From: Octopus sinensis
Taxonomy: Eukaryota
Direction: 5' to 3'
NCBI RefSeq assembly: GCF_006345805.1
Contig: NC_043023.1
Coordinates: forward strand, 14,880,001-14,944,000
Length of the DNA: 64,000 nucleotides
A program made the translations under genes and the position numbers. The notes under the pieces are model-generated. The model saw only the letters and a program-made list of their open reading frames with translations, was not told where the DNA came from and searched no databases. This document shows, in pieces, positions 60,509-64,000 of the stretch. Position 1 is the stretch's first letter; every line of letters starts with the position of its first letter.

Positions 60509-61802
60509 TGTGGTCTGATAGCCGGGTCCACTAGAGCAGTGCTTTGTAAACTATCTGATGTGGCATACCAGTAGTTATTTTTTTCCAATGTGCCAGGGAC
60601 AGGTAATATTTCTTAGTAATATTAATTTATACCAGAAAAAATATATTTAATGAATATAATAAAAGCTAACAATTTTCTTTTATCATATTTATTTTGTAAA
60701 CAAATATACAATATTACATAAGCATTTTATAATTTTTCTTTCTTTCCTGGAAACTCGCTACGTACTGGCAGCTGATGGCTTGCAGACCGGCACCAAGTGG
60801 TGGACCACCACTTTGAGTAGCACTGCACTAGAGAAGCTTTACTGCGATTGCCACAGGATTCTGAGAATCCATATATTACACCACTAATTATATATATATA
60901 TGTATATAGGCGCAGGAGTGGCTGTGTGGTAAGTAGCTTGTTTACCAACCACATGGTTCCGGGTTCAGTCCTACTGCATGGCACCTTGGACAAGTGTCTT
61001 CTACTATAGCCTTGGGCTGACCAAAACCTTGTGTGTGGATTTGGTAGACAGAAACTGAACGAAGCCCGTCATGTGTATGTATGTGTGTCATTCTGTCCAT
61101 GCCTGTCCCCTACTCATCATCATCATCGTTTAGCATCCGCTTTCCATGCTAGCATGGGTTGGACAGTTCAACTGGGGTCTGGGAAGCCAGAAGGCTGCAC
61201 CAGGCCCAGTCTGATCTGGCAATGTTTCTACAGCTGGATGCCCTTCCTAACGCCAATCACTCCGTGAGTGTAGTGAGTGCTTTTTACGTGCCACCGGCAC
61301 GGGGACCAGAGGAGGCTGGCAAACGGCCACAATCAGATGGTGCTTTTTATGTGCCACCGACACAGAGGCCAGGCAAGGCTGGCAACGGTCACGATCGGAT
61401 GGTGCTTTTTATCTGCCACCGGCACAGAGGCCGGGCAAGGCTGGCAACGGTCACGATCGGATGGTGCTTTTTACGTGCCACCAGCACAGATAACCGGTGT
61501 TGGAGTATTTTCATCCCCATAACTAGGCAAGAGACCAATAAAACAAGAACAAAGCTTTAAAAATAAAAAAATGAGTACTGGGGTTTAACTTGTTTGACTA
61601 AAATTCAAGGAGGTGCCCCAGCATGACCACAGTCTAATGACTACAGCAAGTCAAAAGATTAGAACAACGATGATGGTGTGTGGATGTATATAAGTACATA
61701 CAAATAACTACCTAACTTAGTATTTCTTAGTGAAGTATATGTCCCAACCAAGTGAATTGTAGCAGCATTTTGGTGTGGTGTAGGGCTACCTCAAAATAGG
61801 GT

Positions 61803-61986
61803 TTAACCCTTTAGTGTTTAAACCGGCTATACCAGGCCAAAATTGTCTTCCTGTTTTATGCTCAAACCAGCCAGCTCTGACCTCTCACACCTACCCCACA
61901 AAGTCAGTCTAAAAATAAACAGGGGCATCATCAAAATCTCAGAGTTACAAGATGCTGTACAATTAATCTGAATGCTAAAGGGTTAA
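61803..61986. mobile_element. piggyBac-type MITE, opposite orientation
   Basis: ttaaccctttagtgtttaaaccggc...gaatgctaaagggttaa. Confidence 0.7.
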
Positions 61987-62419
61987 GTAACAAATGACTA
62001 AAACTTCAAATAAAGTTTTAATTAGAAATTTCTTTGGAATATAGCATATAACTAGCAATCCATCAGTTACGAAGATGAGGGTTCCAGTTGAACTGATCAA
62101 CAGACGAGCAAGTGGCTGAGCACTTCATAGACACACGTAACCTTAACATAGTTCTCAGGAAGACAAGGCAGGCCCATTGAATTACAAATACTTCTTGATT
62201 TTGCCAGCTCAGTGGACTAGAGCAACGTGAAATAAAGTGTCTTGCTCAAGGACACAACACGTCGCTGGGTATTGAACTGATGAGTGAAACAAGTAAAACA
62301 TAAAAGATATAGAAGGTAATTAATCTAATCAATTAATTTCGTCATCATCATCGGTTAACGTCTGCCTTCCATGCTGGCATGGGTTAGACAGTTGACAGGA
62401 GCTAGCCAGGTAGAAAACT

Positions 62420-62833
62420 GGTGGCAAACAGGCAGAAACGTTAGCATGCCGCGTAAAATGCTTAGCGGTATTTCGTCTGCCGCTACGTTCTGAGTTCAAA
62501 TTCCGCCGAGGTCGACTTTGCCTTTCATCCTCTCGGGGTCAATAAATTAAGTAGCAGTTAAACACTGGGGTCGATGTAATCGACTTAATACCTATGTCTG
62601 TCCTTGTTTGTTCCCTCTACGTTTAGCCCCTTGTGGGTAATAAAGAAATAGGTATTTCGTCTGCCGTTACATTCTGAGTTCAAATTCCACCGAGGTCGCC
62701 TGCCTTTCCTCCTTTCAGGGTTGATTAAATAAGTACCAGTTACGCACTGGGGTGGATATAATTGACTTGATCAGTTTGTCTGTCCTTGTTTGTTCTCTCT
62801 GTGTGTAGCCCCTTGTGGGCAGTAAAGAAATAA
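62420..62833 (+). mobile_element. SINE family B, 1.5-mer
   Basis: Same junction at 62651/62652. Confidence 0.8.
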
Positions 62834-63245
62834 AAACTGCGCCAGGCTTCTGTTTTGGCATGGCTTCTATAACTGGATGCCCTTCCTAAGACCAACTACC
62901 CTGCAGAGTGGTCAGAGTGCTTTTTATGTGGCACCAGCACAGGCGAGGTCAGTTCTGGCATGGTTTTTACAGCGGGATGTCCTTCCAAATGCCAACCCCT
63001 TTACAGTTGGCATTTGGAAGGGCACAGGTATTAATTAGTCACATGACTTAGCAGGAAATACTAACTCACAACTGCTGATACTTAAGATCAATGTCCAGTC
63101 AGCTACCTTCTGCATCACTAGTACAGCCTCTCTGAGTAGGTTTGGGCTGAAAATTTTCCAATTACAAGATTTATGAAATACAATTTTTTAAAGCTATCTC
63201 TACAGATTTTTTTATACAAACTAGAGCCAGCACTGAAAGTTACAT

Positions 63246-63640
63246 TTACTCTTTACTCTTTTACTTGTTTCAGTCATTTGACTGTGGCCATGCTGGAGCA
63301 CCGCCTTTAATCGAGCAACTCAACCCCAGGACTTATTCTTTTGTAAGCCCAGTACTTATTCTATCGGTCTCTTTTGCCTAACCGCTAAGTAACGGGGACA
63401 TAAACACACCAGCATCGGTTGTTAAGCAATGCTAGGGGGACAAACACAGACACACGCATATATATACATATATACAATGGGCTTCTTTCAGTTTCCGTCT
63501 ACCAAATCCACTCACAAGGCTTTGGTCGGCCCCAAGGCTAAAGTAGAAGACACTTGCCCAAGGTGCCACACAGTGGGACTGAACCCGGAACCATGTGGTT
63601 GGTAAACAAGCTACTTACCACACAGCCACCCCTGCGCCTA
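63246..63640 (-). mobile_element. SINE family A
   Basis: Full-length reverse copy. Confidence 0.85.
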
Positions 63641-63773
63641 TTTAGTATACAAATACAACTATGTGAACAATGCAACTGAAGATAGAAAAATAGGTAATGA
63701 GGGTTTATGCATATTTGAGGAGTTCTTGCTCCTTCTTCAGCCTCACATCCAATCCTTTAACTATCCACAAACC

Positions 63774-64000
63774 TCTATATATATAAAGCTGAAGTTGTCC
63801 ATGTATGGCAGGTTTGGTAGCCTTCAACTAACACTATCTCCTCTGAGACCCTGCGGTGCAAGTTGACCAAAATTGAGAGTATGATAGAAGAAGGTTTGCT
63901 CTTTCTTCCGTAGAAGAAAAAATTCAAATCGGACACATGTTAACACCAAAAATTATTTACATCAAAAAGGTGCTTTTTTTCTATGAAAATCCCTATTTTT
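63774..64000 (+). mobile_element. Probable Helitron 5' end, running off the window
   Basis: TCTATATATATAAAGCTGAAGTTGT resembles the 5' end of the 11476 element; the 3' end is not visible. Confidence 0.45.

Noticed and set aside
5754-63640. tRNA genes suggested by box A/box B motifs
   Set aside because: All are SINE heads continuing into SINE bodies; I found no complete cloverleaf.
47458-64000. KAT6 promoter or TSS, or a second gene upstream
   Set aside because: No supportable promoter motif, CpG island or coding exon was found; the region is almost entirely repeats.

Overview
Eukaryotic, repeat-dense genomic DNA, very probably from an Octopus species (inferred from the SINE families and microsatellite load; not verified by search). 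One protein-coding gene is supported. It is the single invertebrate orthologue of the MYST histone acetyltransferases KAT6A/KAT6B (MOZ/MORF, fly enok) on the minus strand. Nine coding exons (46245-45601, 38034-37926, 35376-35264, 34357-34279, 32037-31881, 28640-26488, 5040-4898, 3944-3595, 767-695) have canonical GT-AG ends and matching phases, and join into 3822 nt (1274 codons). They encode WH1/H15 winged helices, a double PHD finger, a very long low-complexity linker and the start of the MYST domain; the gene continues beyond position 1. The rest is introns and upstream DNA filled with tRNA-derived SINEs (about five families), TTAA- and TA-type MITEs, non-autonomous Helitrons, RTE and mariner fragments, micro- and minisatellites and a 146-bp satellite. 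The most unusual signal is a set of minimal type-I hammerhead-ribozyme motifs in Penelope-like repeat contexts. One is intact (8897-8959), one has a compensatory U3-A8 core inside a tandem-plus-inverted 360-nt unit (59146-59897), and several are degenerate. Almost all other ORFs in the track are spurious microsatellite or SINE readings. Coordinates of repeat boundaries are approximate unless terminal motifs are quoted.
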